DNA of 64,000 nucleotides from Candidatus Microgenomates bacterium. Lineage in GTDB: Bacteria; Patescibacteriota; Microgenomatia; UBA12405; UBA6130. Location of the stretch: positions 3,201 through 67,200 of the forward strand of contig WFSR01000012.1 in the NCBI GenBank assembly GCA_015485895.1, given 5' to 3'. Shown here piece by piece: positions 46,508 to 56,701 of the stretch (positions are counted from its first letter, which is position 1; each line of letters opens with the position of its first letter). The position numbers and the translations under genes are program-made. The notes under the pieces were generated by a model that saw only the letters and a program-made list of their open reading frames with translations, searched no databases and was not told the DNA's origin.

Positions 46508-47107
46508 CTAATGGTGCGGGATTTTCAAAACTTGTCCCGGGTAAATGAGCCAAGGATTCTTAATTTGTGCCTTGTTAACTTTCCAGATACGCGGCCAAGC
46601 AAACATATCACCATAAGCACGTAAGGCTATCAAGCTTAAAGAGTCGCCTTTTTGAACGGTATAGTGTGCCTGCTGACTGGGGATAATTTGCCCTCTAGTC
46701 AGAGTAGCACTTTGTTTCGGTAACTTTATTTGCGGAATTAATAATTTCTGCCCACTATAGAGTAAATTGGGGTTGCTCAATTTGTTGGCTCTGGCGATAA
46801 CTACCCATTGATAACCTGAATGATAATAATTACTGGCTATTTTCCAGAGATAATCACCTGGTTTGACAACATAGTACTTCTGCTTTTGATTATTTTGTTC
46901 AGCTGTTTCTTTAGGCGTAGGTGTTACCTGTTGACCCTGATGACTTATTTTCCCTAAGGGGTGCTTTTGGTAATAATAGTAAAAATAACGCCCCCCAAGA
47001 ATACCAATTACCAAAACGACAAAGATGCCTAAAAAGAAACTAACCGTAGGCTCAGCGTGATGCAATTTTTTGAGAATATTTGTTTTGCCTTCTTTTTTTT
47101 GGGTCAC
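46508..47107 (-). CDS. Membrane-anchored double-LysM protein
   Basis: YVVKPGDYLWKIA...NPNLL and YTVQKGDSLSLIA...NPWLIYPGQ. SD aggaggtga precedes the GTG start. Confidence 0.92.
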   Translation of the reverse strand: MTQKKEGKTNILKKLHHAEPTVSFFLGIFVVLVIGILGGRYFYYYYQKHPLGKISHQGQQVTPTPKETAEQNNQKQKYYVVKPGDYLWKIASNYYHSGYQWVVIARANKLSNPNLLYSGQKLLIPQIKLPKQSATLTRGQIIPSQQAHYTVQKGDSLSLIALRAYGDMFAWPRIWKVNKAQIKNPWLIYPGQVLKIPHH

Positions 47108-47155
47108 TTTTATTCACCTCCTTTCTCTAAAGTGGGCAGGTAGTAAGAGTAAAAG

Positions 47156-47230
47156 CGGGGCCAACGGGACTCGAACCCGCAACCTTCCGCGTGACAGGCG
47201 GATGCTCTAACCAAATTGAGCTACAGCCCC
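47156..47230 (-). tRNA. tRNA-Asp(GTC)
   Basis: GGGGCTG...CTGTCAC loop...GTTCGAGTCC...TGGCCCCG. Confidence 0.95.
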
Positions 47231-47344
47231 TTACTATTAAGTAAGCCATATGTTATATGGCAATCAACTTATAAGTTATCATAACAAATAACCTCAGTTG
47301 AATCAATATAAAAAAGATTTTATATTAAAAGTATCCATAAAGAT

Positions 47345-49168
47345 ATGGCTAAAAAGATTTGGGAGAATCAGGAGGTAGCTGATTTATTACGGGCAGTGGC
47401 CGCTGCTTACGAAATAAAAGGAGCTAATCGGTTTCGGGTAGCAGCTTATCGGCAAGCTGCTACATCAATAGAACACTTAACGAGCGAGATACAAGATCTT
47501 TGGGAAAATAACCAAATAACGCAAATTCCAGGAGTAGGCGCGAGCATTGCCCGACATTTAAATGAGCTTATGAAAACTGGCAAATCTCAGCACTTTCAAA
47601 AAGTGTTGGCTGGCATTCCGCCTGCCGTCTTTGAATTATTAAAAATTACCGGAATTGGTCCTAAAACGGCTTTTCGTCTCTGCCAGGCCCTAAAAATATG
47701 GAGCAAAAAAGACGCTCTTCAAAGGGTGGCTAACGCCGCAAAGAGGGGTAAAATACGCCAGCTGTCTGGTTTTGGCGCCCAATCAGAAAACAAGATTTTA
47801 GAAGCTATTGCTAACAGTCGTTTAAAGAAAAAAGAGCGCCGGCGAATGCTTCTAGCGTTAGCTGATAATTTGGCCAAAGACGTTGAAAAGTATCTCCGCC
47901 AAAGCCCACTAGTCTTAGAAGTAAAAGTTCTAGGAAGTCTCCGCCGCCGATGCGCTACGGTGGGTGATCTAGATATGGCTGTCAAAACACGACACTATAA
48001 GCAAGCTTTAGAGTATTTTCTCAATTTTCCTAAGGTGAAAAAGATTTTAAATCAGGGTGAGAAAAAAACAAGCGTGGTGCTTTCTAATGGGGTGCAAATA
48101 GACGTTCGTTTTCAAGCTCCCGATACATGGGGCTCTATGCTTCAATATTTCACCGGGTCCAAGCAGCATAATATCCATTTACGAGAGATGGAACGTGAAA
48201 AGGGATTTAGCCTCTCCGAATACGGGATTCGTTCCCTTAAAACTAAAAAGTTAGTAAAAACAAGAACTGAAAGGATATTCTATAATTTTCTTGGCCTTGA
48301 CTATATCCCTCCTGAATTACGCGAAGATCAAGGAGAGATAGAAGCAGCTATTAATCATACTTTACCTAAATTAGTGAAGCGAGCTGACATTCGCGGTGAT
48401 CTTCATCTCCATTCTAACTTTCCTATTGAAACTAGTCATGATCTTGGTAAGGATAACTTTTCTACTATGATAAAAAAAGCGGCCAGCTTGGGATATGAAT
48501 ATTTGGGCTTTAGTGAGCATAATCCTTCTCAGAGAGGCCATACTCCTGATGATGTTTTTGCCCTTTTGAAGGAAAAAAGACACGAGATTGATCAAATTAA
48601 TAGGCAATTATCACAAAAATTGCACGTTATAGCTTTAAATAGCCTAGAAATAGATATAAAACCAAATGGGGAACTAGCTATTCCTGAAAAAGCCTTAGAA
48701 CTTTTAGATTATGCAATCATAGCCGTTCATTCGGAATTTACTCTTTCTTCGAAGAGAATGACCACTAGAATCCTGAGAGCTCTAAAATATCCTAAGGTGC
48801 GCATTTTGGCCCATCCGACGGGAAGGAAAATTTATCAGCGTGATGGCTATGATGTAGATTGGAACAAAATTTTTGCCTTTTGCCGAGAACATAATATTGC
48901 TCTGGAAATTAACTCATGGCCTGAGCGCCTAGATCTTCCCGACATTTTGGTAAGGGAAGCTGTTGAAGCAGATGTGCCTTTAGTAATTGATACTGACTCC
49001 CACGCTGTTGAGCACATGGACCTTATGGAATATGGCCTTGATGTCGCCCGCCGTGGATGGGCGGAGAAAAAAAATATTATCAACACATTACCATTAAGAA
49101 AACTAGAGAAGTTGTGGAATCTAAATAGGTGCGCCCGGAGGGATTCGAACCCCCGACCCTCTGCTTAA
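47345..49168 (+). CDS. polX: DNA polymerase X / PHP 3'-5' exonuclease
   Basis: FRVAAY, GSLRR...GDLD, FTGSKQHN, PPELRE, GDLHLHS and DTDSH. Confidence 0.95.
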   Translation: MAKKIWENQEVADLLRAVAAAYEIKGANRFRVAAYRQAATSIEHLTSEIQDLWENNQITQIPGVGASIARHLNELMKTGKSQHFQKVLAGIPPAVFELLKITGIGPKTAFRLCQALKIWSKKDALQRVANAAKRGKIRQLSGFGAQSENKILEAIANSRLKKKERRRMLLALADNLAKDVEKYLRQSPLVLEVKVLGSLRRRCATVGDLDMAVKTRHYKQALEYFLNFPKVKKILNQGEKKTSVVLSNGVQIDVRFQAPDTWGSMLQYFTGSKQHNIHLREMEREKGFSLSEYGIRSLKTKKLVKTRTERIFYNFLGLDYIPPELREDQGEIEAAINHTLPKLVKRADIRGDLHLHSNFPIETSHDLGKDNFSTMIKKAASLGYEYLGFSEHNPSQRGHTPDDVFALLKEKRHEIDQINRQLSQKLHVIALNSLEIDIKPNGELAIPEKALELLDYAIIAVHSEFTLSSKRMTTRILRALKYPKVRILAHPTGRKIYQRDGYDVDWNKIFAFCREHNIALEINSWPERLDLPDILVREAVEADVPLVIDTDSHAVEHMDLMEYGLDVARRGWAEKKNIINTLPLRKLEKLWNLNRCARRDSNPRPSA

Positions 49169-49202
49169 AAGGCAGGTGCTCTGCCAGCTGAGCTACGGGC
49201 GC
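49130..49202 (-). tRNA. tRNA-Lys(TTT)
   Basis: GCGCCCG...CTTTTAA loop...GTTCGAATCC...CGGGCGCA. Overlaps the polX 3' end. Confidence 0.93.
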
Positions 49203-49416
49203 AGCGACTTATTATATCACTCTAGATCCCGATTGTACCAGCAATCTACCATTCGCTGAAGACCCAGCCCTTCACTCAAAAGCGAGGTATAAATTAATCT
49301 TAGTCAAATAAGATTCTCTTTTAAGCCGATTTTTGATTGGGTAGGACTTGCGTAACAGGTCATTTTCTTCTCGTGATAAAATGTAGTAAGATAGAAAGGG
49401 AAAGGGGGTGATATAA

Positions 49417-49674
49417 ATGAGCGATGTTTTAATTGGGAAAATCACCCATTATTTTGACAAGATTGGTGTTGCCGTAGTAGAAATAACAGATAATGCTCTA
49501 AAGGTTGGTGACAAGATAAAAATAAAAGGGCACAATCAAGAGTTTGAGCAAGAGGTTGTCTCGATGCAGGTTGAACATAAAAATATAAAGCAAGCGGCCA
49601 AGGGGGATATTGTTGGCTTGAAAATAAATCAACCAGCCAAAGAAGGCGATGAAATATTTAAGGTAGAAGAATGA
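49417..49674 (+). CDS. Small translation-factor domain II-like beta-barrel protein
   Basis: IGKITHYFDKIGVA...LKVGDKI..G...EQ.V.SMQ...A..GD.VG pattern. SD upstream. Confidence 0.7.
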   Translation: MSDVLIGKITHYFDKIGVAVVEITDNALKVGDKIKIKGHNQEFEQEVVSMQVEHKNIKQAAKGDIVGLKINQPAKEGDEIFKVEE

Positions 49675-50372
49675 TTTATTTAGTCCATGGCGAGAACATT
49701 GCTGATGTGGAACGGCAGGTAGTGGCATTACGTCAGAAGGTTAATCGACCAAGAGTAATAAGATATGACGGGCGCAAATTTAACCGAGATGTTTGGCAAA
49801 CTTTTTACCAGCAAACTAGTCTTTTCTTAGAAGCAAAACCTCTCCTTATAATCGGAAATTCTCAAGCAATTCATCTTGATACTTGGCAGCATTTCTTTCA
49901 CGATTTTACTCCAGGCGATATTGGCAATATTGATATCATTTTTGTCAGCTATCAGCAATTACGAAATATAAAAGTTTTGTCATATTTCCCTAGAGAAAAT
50001 GTTTTCCTTTGTCGGCCAGCAATAACTATCTTTAGCCTTTTGGAAAGTATTGGAAACCCCCCGACTAACCCTTTGCGTTTCCTAAGTCAACTATTTTTGA
50101 AAATGCCTCCTCAGCTAATTATCTACTGGCTAAAACGTTATTTCCACGAACTTTATTGGCTAAATTACGGTCAAACGCAAAAAGCAGGCTGGCAATTGAA
50201 TAAACAGCGGCAACACCTAAACAAATTAGGCTGGCGACGAGTTAGATTTTGGTATCGTTCTTTACTCTGGTTAGATTATCAGCAGAAAACTGGCCATTTG
50301 CCAGAAGGGTTAGAAATTGCTCTTGTTAATCTCTTTTTAAGAGATTATTATGAGAATAATGGGAAAGAATAA
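49671..50372 (+). CDS. holA: DNA polymerase III delta subunit-like
   Basis: MIYLVHGE, SLF, IFSLLE and L..LD.Q.KTG. Confidence 0.65.
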   Translation: MIYLVHGENIADVERQVVALRQKVNRPRVIRYDGRKFNRDVWQTFYQQTSLFLEAKPLLIIGNSQAIHLDTWQHFFHDFTPGDIGNIDIIFVSYQQLRNIKVLSYFPRENVFLCRPAITIFSLLESIGNPPTNPLRFLSQLFLKMPPQLIIYWLKRYFHELYWLNYGQTQKAGWQLNKQRQHLNKLGWRRVRFWYRSLLWLDYQQKTGHLPEGLEIALVNLFLRDYYENNGKE

Positions 50373-52617
50373 GTGGATTCTTTGGTTTCGGGATGTTGGC
50401 AAGGAAGATGTAAGGTTGGCGGGGGGTAAAGGAGCAAATTTAGGTGAGATGTATAATGCTGGCATTCCTGTCCCCCGGGGCTTTATTGTCAGTACCCAGG
50501 CATATTTTGACTTCCTACGGGAAAATAATCTGAAAAAACGTATCAAAGAAATTTTGAGCAGAATTAATATTGATAATCCCCAAGAATTAAGCAATGCCAG
50601 TCAAGCAATAAAGGAATTAATTTCAAAAGCGCCCATTGATCCACAGTTAGCACAAGGAATAATGAAAGCTTACAATAAATTAGGGGCATTAGGAGGGCTA
50701 AAGCAGCCTTACGTAGCTGTTCGCTCATCTGCCACAACGGAGGACCTTCCTAACGCATCCTTTGCTGGTCAACAAGAAACATATTTGAATGTCCATGGTG
50801 AGCATCAGGTGGTTAGCAAGGTACAAGCATGTTGGGCCTCTCTTTTTACTCCAAGAGCTATCTTTTACCGCCAAAAACAACACTTTGACCATTTCCGGTT
50901 GGGTATCGCCGTCCCGATCCAGAGAATGGTCCAATCAGATATTTCCGGGGTAATGTTTACTGTAAATCCAGTTACTAATGATAAAAGTACCCTGGTAATT
51001 GAAGCTATTTGGGGCTTGGGAGAATTAATTGTTCAAGGTGAAGTCACCCCCGACCACTATGAGGTTGATAAAACGACATTAGAGGTAAAGAAAATTGTAG
51101 TTAATAAGCAACGAGTGGAGTTAATTAGAAGAAATGGGAAGAATTATCGTCAGCAAATAACCGGAAAACAGCAAGAAAAGCAAAAGCTCAACCCCCTTCA
51201 AATTATTAAGCTAGCAAAATTAGGATTACATCTCCAAGAACATTATTATTTTCCTCAAGACAGTGAATGGGCTATCGAGAAGAATCATATTTATATTGTT
51301 CAAACTAGACCTATTACAACCTTAAACAAGGGGCAAAAAAAGAAAAGGGAAATTAGGAAAGCGAAGTTAGTTTTAACGGGCGAAAGTGCCTCACCGGGAC
51401 AAGGAGAGGGACCGGTGCGGATTATACGATCTCCTAAGGAAATAAGTAAAATAAAGAAAGGGGATGTTTTAGTAACCCCAATGACCACTCCAGATTTCGT
51501 TCCGGCGATGAAGAAAGCCGTGGCTATTGTTACTGACCAGGGTGGGCAGACTTCACATGCAGCTATTGTTTCCCGTGAGCTTTCTGTGCCTTGTGTAGTC
51601 GGCACTCGGCAAGCAACTAAAACCCTGAAGGATGGGGACATTATCTTGGTCGATGGGAGTAGAGGACTCGTATACCAGGGAGGTAAACCCATTCACCAAA
51701 GACAACAACGAAAGGCGATAGAGAATACTCAATTGAAAACAGCTACCAAACTTTATGTCAACTTGGCTGAACCAGAATTGGCGTCGGAGGTGGCTAAAAT
51801 GGATGTTGATGGAGTAGGATTATTACGGGCTGAGTTTATGATTGCTGGCATTGGCATCCATCCCCGAGAACTTTTGCAAGAGAAACGGCAAGAATTTTTT
51901 ATTCAAACTTTAGCTGGAGATTTAGAAAAATTCTGCAGAGCCTTTGCTCCACGTCCAGTTGTCTACCGAGCTACAGATTTTAAAACCAATGAGTACCGCC
52001 ATTTAAAAGGGGGAGAAAAGTTTGAACCAGAGGAGGAAAACCCCCTCTTGGGCTTTCGGGGAGCTATGCGCTATATTAATGATCCAGAAACATTCGCTTT
52101 AGAATTAGAAGCTATTAAAAGAGTACGGAGCAAATATAAGAATCTTTGGTTGATGATCCCTTTCGTTCGCAGTCCTTACGAATTACGGCAGATAAAACGC
52201 ATTCTGGCAAATGTAGGCCTGCCGCGATCATCTAGCTTTAAATTATGGATTATGGTTGAAATTCCAGCTACAGTTATTAAAATTAATGATTTTCTTAAGG
52301 AAGGCATTGACGGCGTTTCAATTGGCAGCAATGATTTGACTATGCTTCTCCTTGGTCTCGATCGCGACAATAGCCGCGTAGCTTGGGAATTTAATGATCG
52401 CGATAAATCTGTTCTTTGGGCAATTAAAAGAGTAATTAAAGCCACTACTGCTATGGGAGTAACCAGCTCTATTTGTGGGCAAGCGCCAAGTAATTATCCA
52501 AAATTAGTGAGAAAGTTGGTTAAGTGGGGTATTACCAGTATCTCTGTAAATCCCGACGTAATCGATAAATCTAGAGAAATTATCTTCCAGGCGGAAAAGG
52601 AACTTATTTCTTCTTAG
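50350..52617 (+). CDS. ppsA: Phosphoenolpyruvate synthase
   Basis: GGKGANLGEM, AVRSSAT.EDL..ASFAGQ, TSHAAIVSRE and SIGSNDLT. Start could be 50359. Confidence 0.96.
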   Translation: MRIMGKNKWILWFRDVGKEDVRLAGGKGANLGEMYNAGIPVPRGFIVSTQAYFDFLRENNLKKRIKEILSRINIDNPQELSNASQAIKELISKAPIDPQLAQGIMKAYNKLGALGGLKQPYVAVRSSATTEDLPNASFAGQQETYLNVHGEHQVVSKVQACWASLFTPRAIFYRQKQHFDHFRLGIAVPIQRMVQSDISGVMFTVNPVTNDKSTLVIEAIWGLGELIVQGEVTPDHYEVDKTTLEVKKIVVNKQRVELIRRNGKNYRQQITGKQQEKQKLNPLQIIKLAKLGLHLQEHYYFPQDSEWAIEKNHIYIVQTRPITTLNKGQKKKREIRKAKLVLTGESASPGQGEGPVRIIRSPKEISKIKKGDVLVTPMTTPDFVPAMKKAVAIVTDQGGQTSHAAIVSRELSVPCVVGTRQATKTLKDGDIILVDGSRGLVYQGGKPIHQRQQRKAIENTQLKTATKLYVNLAEPELASEVAKMDVDGVGLLRAEFMIAGIGIHPRELLQEKRQEFFIQTLAGDLEKFCRAFAPRPVVYRATDFKTNEYRHLKGGEKFEPEEENPLLGFRGAMRYINDPETFALELEAIKRVRSKYKNLWLMIPFVRSPYELRQIKRILANVGLPRSSSFKLWIMVEIPATVIKINDFLKEGIDGVSIGSNDLTMLLLGLDRDNSRVAWEFNDRDKSVLWAIKRVIKATTAMGVTSSICGQAPSNYPKLVRKLVKWGITSISVNPDVIDKSREIIFQAEKELISS

Positions 52618-53278
52618 TCACGGGAATGGAATACACAGCGTAATCAGCATAACGGTTTTCTAAGGTTAACATCTTTGAAAGTGGTAGCTTTTCGTAAAAC
52701 TGACGGATTAGGCGCATAGTATTATTGGTACAACACACTAAAACATTCCTTTGCTTTTCTTTTAGGAAACGTTTAAGCCAATGGCAGAATGGCCAAACTC
52801 TTTGTTTTACCGTTTTAAGACTTTCTCCGCCGGGAGGAGGGAAGTCATAGGAACGACGATAAAGAACGGCTAGGTGGGGCTTTTGCTTCATTAATTTTCG
52901 TTTGCTGGTTCCTGTTAATTGTCCGTAATCCCTTTCAAGAAGGCGTTTTTCTTTAAGCAAAGGAGTTTGAGGATGGCTGTAGCAAAGAGGCGATGCCGTT
53001 TCTAAACAACGTTTTAGAGGGGAAATGATAAAAAGGTCAAAATGCTTATTTTTTAAGCGTTGCGCTAGGTGCAAAGCTTGTTGCTTTCCTTCGGGGGTAA
53101 GATTGCTATTACGGCGCCCGGAGAATATCCGGCGAATGTTATCATATGTTTGGGCATGGCGGCAGAGATAAAGATGTGAGTAACCAGGCTTTTCATTTTT
53201 AGGCAGAGGTTTTGCTTGCCCTGGATGCTCAAGTGACGCTAAAGCCGCCTTTTTTAAAACAGAAAAAGGAACAGTCAT
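52604..53278 (-). CDS. Histidine phosphatase / phosphoglycerate mutase-like
   Basis: RHAQT, LTPEG, SPLKRC.ET, ERDYG and PPGGESL. Confidence 0.85.
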   Translation of the reverse strand: MTVPFSVLKKAALASLEHPGQAKPLPKNEKPGYSHLYLCRHAQTYDNIRRIFSGRRNSNLTPEGKQQALHLAQRLKNKHFDLFIISPLKRCLETASPLCYSHPQTPLLKEKRLLERDYGQLTGTSKRKLMKQKPHLAVLYRRSYDFPPPGGESLKTVKQRVWPFCHWLKRFLKEKQRNVLVCCTNNTMRLIRQFYEKLPLSKMLTLENRYADYAVYSIPVTKKK

Positions 53279-53970
53279 TTTAATCCCAAAACCACAGTAA
53301 ATTCACCGCGGGGTTTCTCTCTTTCAAATTGAGGCAAGAGGGTTTCTACATCACCTCGGTACACATGAGCAAATGGCTTAGTTAGTTCCTTAGCTATTGC
53401 TAATTTTAGTTTATTATTTTTTCGATTTAGAAAATATAAGGTAGATAAGAGACGTGAAGGAACCTCGAAAAAAATCACACTAGTTAGTCCTATCTCTTTG
53501 AGTGCCAGTAGAGTTTGCCAGAATTTTTCTCTCTGACGAGAATGGCGAGGAAAGTAACCTAAAAAAGCAAAACGTTGGGCGCTGAAGCCTGATGCCACCA
53601 GAGCTGTTAAGATGGCCGATGGGCCAGGTATAACTTCCATAGGAATTTGCTTAGCAATAATAGCTTGCACCAGCATTAAACCTGGATCAGCAATAAGAGG
53701 ATAACCAGCATCGCTGACCAAAGCGCAAGTTTTCCCCTCCTGAAGTAATTTGATAATTTTTGGTAATTGATGGAGGCGGTTATTTTCTCGGAAAGGGATA
53801 ATCAATTTTGTGCGAACATTCAGAAAGTGCAAGAGATGTTTGGATACTAACGGGGTCTCCGCTACTAAGCAATTAACTTTCGCCAGTGTTTCAACAGCAC
53901 GCTGGGTAAAATCGCCGCGGTTACCGATGGGCGTGGATACCACATAAAGTTTACCAAGCTTGGTTGCCAT
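53275..53970 (-). CDS. rsmI: 16S rRNA C1402 2'-O-methyltransferase
   Basis: LYVVSTPIGN, LVSDAG.P.I.DPG, KELTK and RGEF. Confidence 0.93.
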   Translation of the reverse strand: MATKLGKLYVVSTPIGNRGDFTQRAVETLAKVNCLVAETPLVSKHLLHFLNVRTKLIIPFRENNRLHQLPKIIKLLQEGKTCALVSDAGYPLIADPGLMLVQAIIAKQIPMEVIPGPSAILTALVASGFSAQRFAFLGYFPRHSRQREKFWQTLLALKEIGLTSVIFFEVPSRLLSTLYFLNRKNNKLKLAIAKELTKPFAHVYRGDVETLLPQFEREKPRGEFTVVLGLK

Positions 53971-54588
53971 TTAATTCAGATGACGGATGACGCCAATCAC
54001 CCTCCCCCTGATAATAACATTTGAAACAAATAACGGTTTCATTTTACCATTAGCTGGCTCAAGACGGATTTTGTCTTGCTCTTGATAAAATTTTTTTACT
54101 GTAGCAAATCCATTTTCCAATTCAGCGACTACAATATCTCCATTCTCAGCGCTTTCCCTTTTCTCGACAATAATGTAATCTTGATCTAAAATGCCTTCAT
54201 CTATCATCGACTCACCTTTTACCTGAAGAACGAATGAAGGTTTGTTTTTGGGCGCCATGCTGGCTGGTACTAGGAGAGTGGCATTAGGATCGGTATAGGG
54301 CTGAATAGGCAAACCAGCGGCGATGAACCCTAAAATTGGCAGCTCTATTTGTTGGCCGATGGTAGAAAAATTTTCAAGGAGCTCGATTCCTCGGGTGGCT
54401 CCCCGATAACGTCGAATAAAGCCCTTTTTCTCTAGGGCGCGAAGATGACCATAAATAGTAGAAGGGGCAGAAATATGAAGAGCAATTGCCATCTCACTTA
54501 ATGTAGGGGCATAACCGAACTTAACGATGTATTTTTCTAAGAAGTTGAGTAATTCTCGTTGCCGCCGGTAAAGAGTCGGGTGAGTCAT
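53971..54588 (-). CDS. lexA: SOS repressor LexA
   Basis: N-terminal HTH, AAG.P cleavage site, GESM Ser and TVKK Lys. Confidence 0.95.
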   Translation of the reverse strand: MTHPTLYRRQRELLNFLEKYIVKFGYAPTLSEMAIALHISAPSTIYGHLRALEKKGFIRRYRGATRGIELLENFSTIGQQIELPILGFIAAGLPIQPYTDPNATLLVPASMAPKNKPSFVLQVKGESMIDEGILDQDYIIVEKRESAENGDIVVAELENGFATVKKFYQEQDKIRLEPANGKMKPLFVSNVIIRGRVIGVIRHLN

Positions 54589-54594
54589 AATGAA

Positions 54595-54623
54595 ATTAAA
54601 ACACGAAAAAAACCCGAAGTCAA
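54595..54623 (-). promoter_or_regulatory. lexA promoter with TTCG direct repeat (putative SOS box)
   Basis: Minus strand TTGACT-17bp-TTTAAT-6nt-ATG, overlapped by TTCGG-N6-TTCGT. Confidence 0.55.
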
Positions 54624-54663
54624 TAAGCTTTTCTTTTCCTGCCTGTTATGATAAAAAGAATTA

Positions 54664-56487
54664 ATGAAACGATTTTTATACCCCTTATTTTTCTTGAGTG
54701 TTTATTTATTTTTAGTTAGCTGTTTCTCTATTAGCCAGGCATCGAGTTCGAATGAATTTCAAATACGCCAAACATCATTTTACAAATTAGATAACCGTGG
54801 TGGGGCTAAGGTAACGGCGAATATCAGTCTCGTTAATAACTTCGCCAACATTTACCCTCAAGAATTTATGTTGTCGCTCCCTGATAGTGCTATAAATATT
54901 AGTGCCTATGACCAAGGTGGCAATATTATAGAGGAAAAGAAACACACGTTAAAAAAATTAACATTACGCTTAAAATTCAATCATGCAGGGGTCGGCAAAG
55001 GTGAAGAAACTGCATTTACACTTATTTATTATTGGCCTCATTTCGCTCAACGCCATGGCCAGGTTTGGTACTTAGTTCTGCCTTCGCCGCAAAATATCCA
55101 GGATTTCAAAAACTATAAAACGGTGATCTTAGTTCCTTCGAATTTTCATAACCTGGCCCGTAGTTCAATTACTCCAGCGGAGAATATCCTTCTAGACCAA
55201 GAACGCAAAATTGTTTTTACTAAAAAGGAATTCCAAAAGGGGGTTATTGCGTTGAGCTTTGCCGATTTTCAAGCGTTTAATTTTGTCTTTCGATACAAAC
55301 TTGGCAATATTAGCGGTCATCAAGAAGAGCAGAGAATCCCTTTACCACCGGTGACAAATTATCAAAATGTTTTTTTTACCAGCATCTCGCCTTTGCCATT
55401 CAAAATAACTATGGACGAGAACGATAATTTATTGGCTCACTATATTGTAAATCCCGGCGAGAATAAAGATATTATAGCTCAAGGGCAAGTGCTTTTATTC
55501 GCCAGTCCCGAACGTAAAGCTTTTTACAATCATATTCCAAATAATACCCTCTTTTTAAGGGCAACCAAATTTTGGCCTGCCGACAATACTCTTGTTGTAC
55601 AAAAGGCACAACAGCTTAAAACTCCACGGGCAATTTATAATTTTGTCGTCAAGCACTTATCTTATAATTTGTCTTCTTACAATGTTGGTCAACGTCGTGG
55701 TGGAGTAGATGCTCTTTTACATCCTGACCATGCGGTTTGCACAGAATTTACAGATCTATTTATTACCCTAGCCCGGGCAGCTGGTATTCCTGCTCGTGAA
55801 GTCGAGGGATATGCTTATACAAACAACCCTAAGATCCGTCCTGGCGGGCAACAAATTCTACACGCTTGGCCAGAGTATTGGGACAAAACCCGTAAACTGT
55901 GGGTTGATGTAGATCCTACTTGGGGTAATACCACCGGGGGCATTGATTACTTTTCCCATTTTGATTTAAATCACTTTGCCTTAGTTATTCATGGCAGTAA
56001 CGACCAAAGTCCAGCTCCACCGGGAAGTTATGCTTCCGGTAAAAGTTGGGATATCCATTTTGCTAAGAATATCAATATTCAGGAGCAACAACCAGCCTTC
56101 TCTCTCCAAATAAAAAAGATTTCCCTTTCTCACAATCTTATGCTTAATCTTGTTTTTTCTCTCCAGAATAAAAGTCTTATAAATATTCACCCTTCCCCTT
56201 ATCGTTTATTACTAGATACAAAATTGCTTAAGAAAGGCGAACTTACCTACTTGCCACTTTTAAGCACTACTGATATCCCCATTCATATATCTCCGTTGCT
56301 CCTTCCATTTCGCCATGATTTTGTTTTTAAAATAACGATCAACGGCCAACCTCTCATTGCAAAAGCACCTTTAAATAGGGGTTTTTATCTATCAGCCCTA
56401 AGTAAATTTCGTTTTTGCATTATTGGCATCCTCTCTAGTTTTATTTGTCTAGCTATAGTTTTTTACCAAGTAAAGAGATTACAATAA
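54664..56487 (+). CDS. Transglutaminase-like domain surface protein
   Basis: Signal peptide, C-H-D triad (AVCTEF, LHAWPE, VDPTW) and C-terminal TM segment. Confidence 0.88.
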   Translation: MKRFLYPLFFLSVYLFLVSCFSISQASSSNEFQIRQTSFYKLDNRGGAKVTANISLVNNFANIYPQEFMLSLPDSAINISAYDQGGNIIEEKKHTLKKLTLRLKFNHAGVGKGEETAFTLIYYWPHFAQRHGQVWYLVLPSPQNIQDFKNYKTVILVPSNFHNLARSSITPAENILLDQERKIVFTKKEFQKGVIALSFADFQAFNFVFRYKLGNISGHQEEQRIPLPPVTNYQNVFFTSISPLPFKITMDENDNLLAHYIVNPGENKDIIAQGQVLLFASPERKAFYNHIPNNTLFLRATKFWPADNTLVVQKAQQLKTPRAIYNFVVKHLSYNLSSYNVGQRRGGVDALLHPDHAVCTEFTDLFITLARAAGIPAREVEGYAYTNNPKIRPGGQQILHAWPEYWDKTRKLWVDVDPTWGNTTGGIDYFSHFDLNHFALVIHGSNDQSPAPPGSYASGKSWDIHFAKNINIQEQQPAFSLQIKKISLSHNLMLNLVFSLQNKSLINIHPSPYRLLLDTKLLKKGELTYLPLLSTTDIPIHISPLLLPFRHDFVFKITINGQPLIAKAPLNRGFYLSALSKFRFCIIGILSSFICLAIVFYQVKRLQ

Positions 56488-56701
56488 CTGTGATTCTTTG
56501 CCACATTGGTAATACCCAAAATTGCTAAAAGCTGTTATGGAACTGGAAACCAAGATAGATCATAGATTATGGAGAATAATTGCCGTCTATCTAGATTCTA
56601 AATTCTAATGAATGCTTTAAATTTCAGAATTTGGTTACAACATATGTTGAGAAGCGTTGAAAACGACTTGTCAACTAAAAAGCTTTTTGCTAAGCTAAGG
56701 T

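Noticed and set aside
47231-47344. Short palindromes upstream of polX (gccata..tatggc, aacttataagtt) as a dif site or operator
   Set aside because: The context is AT-rich, the match to the XerC/XerD consensus is poor and no second copy was found.
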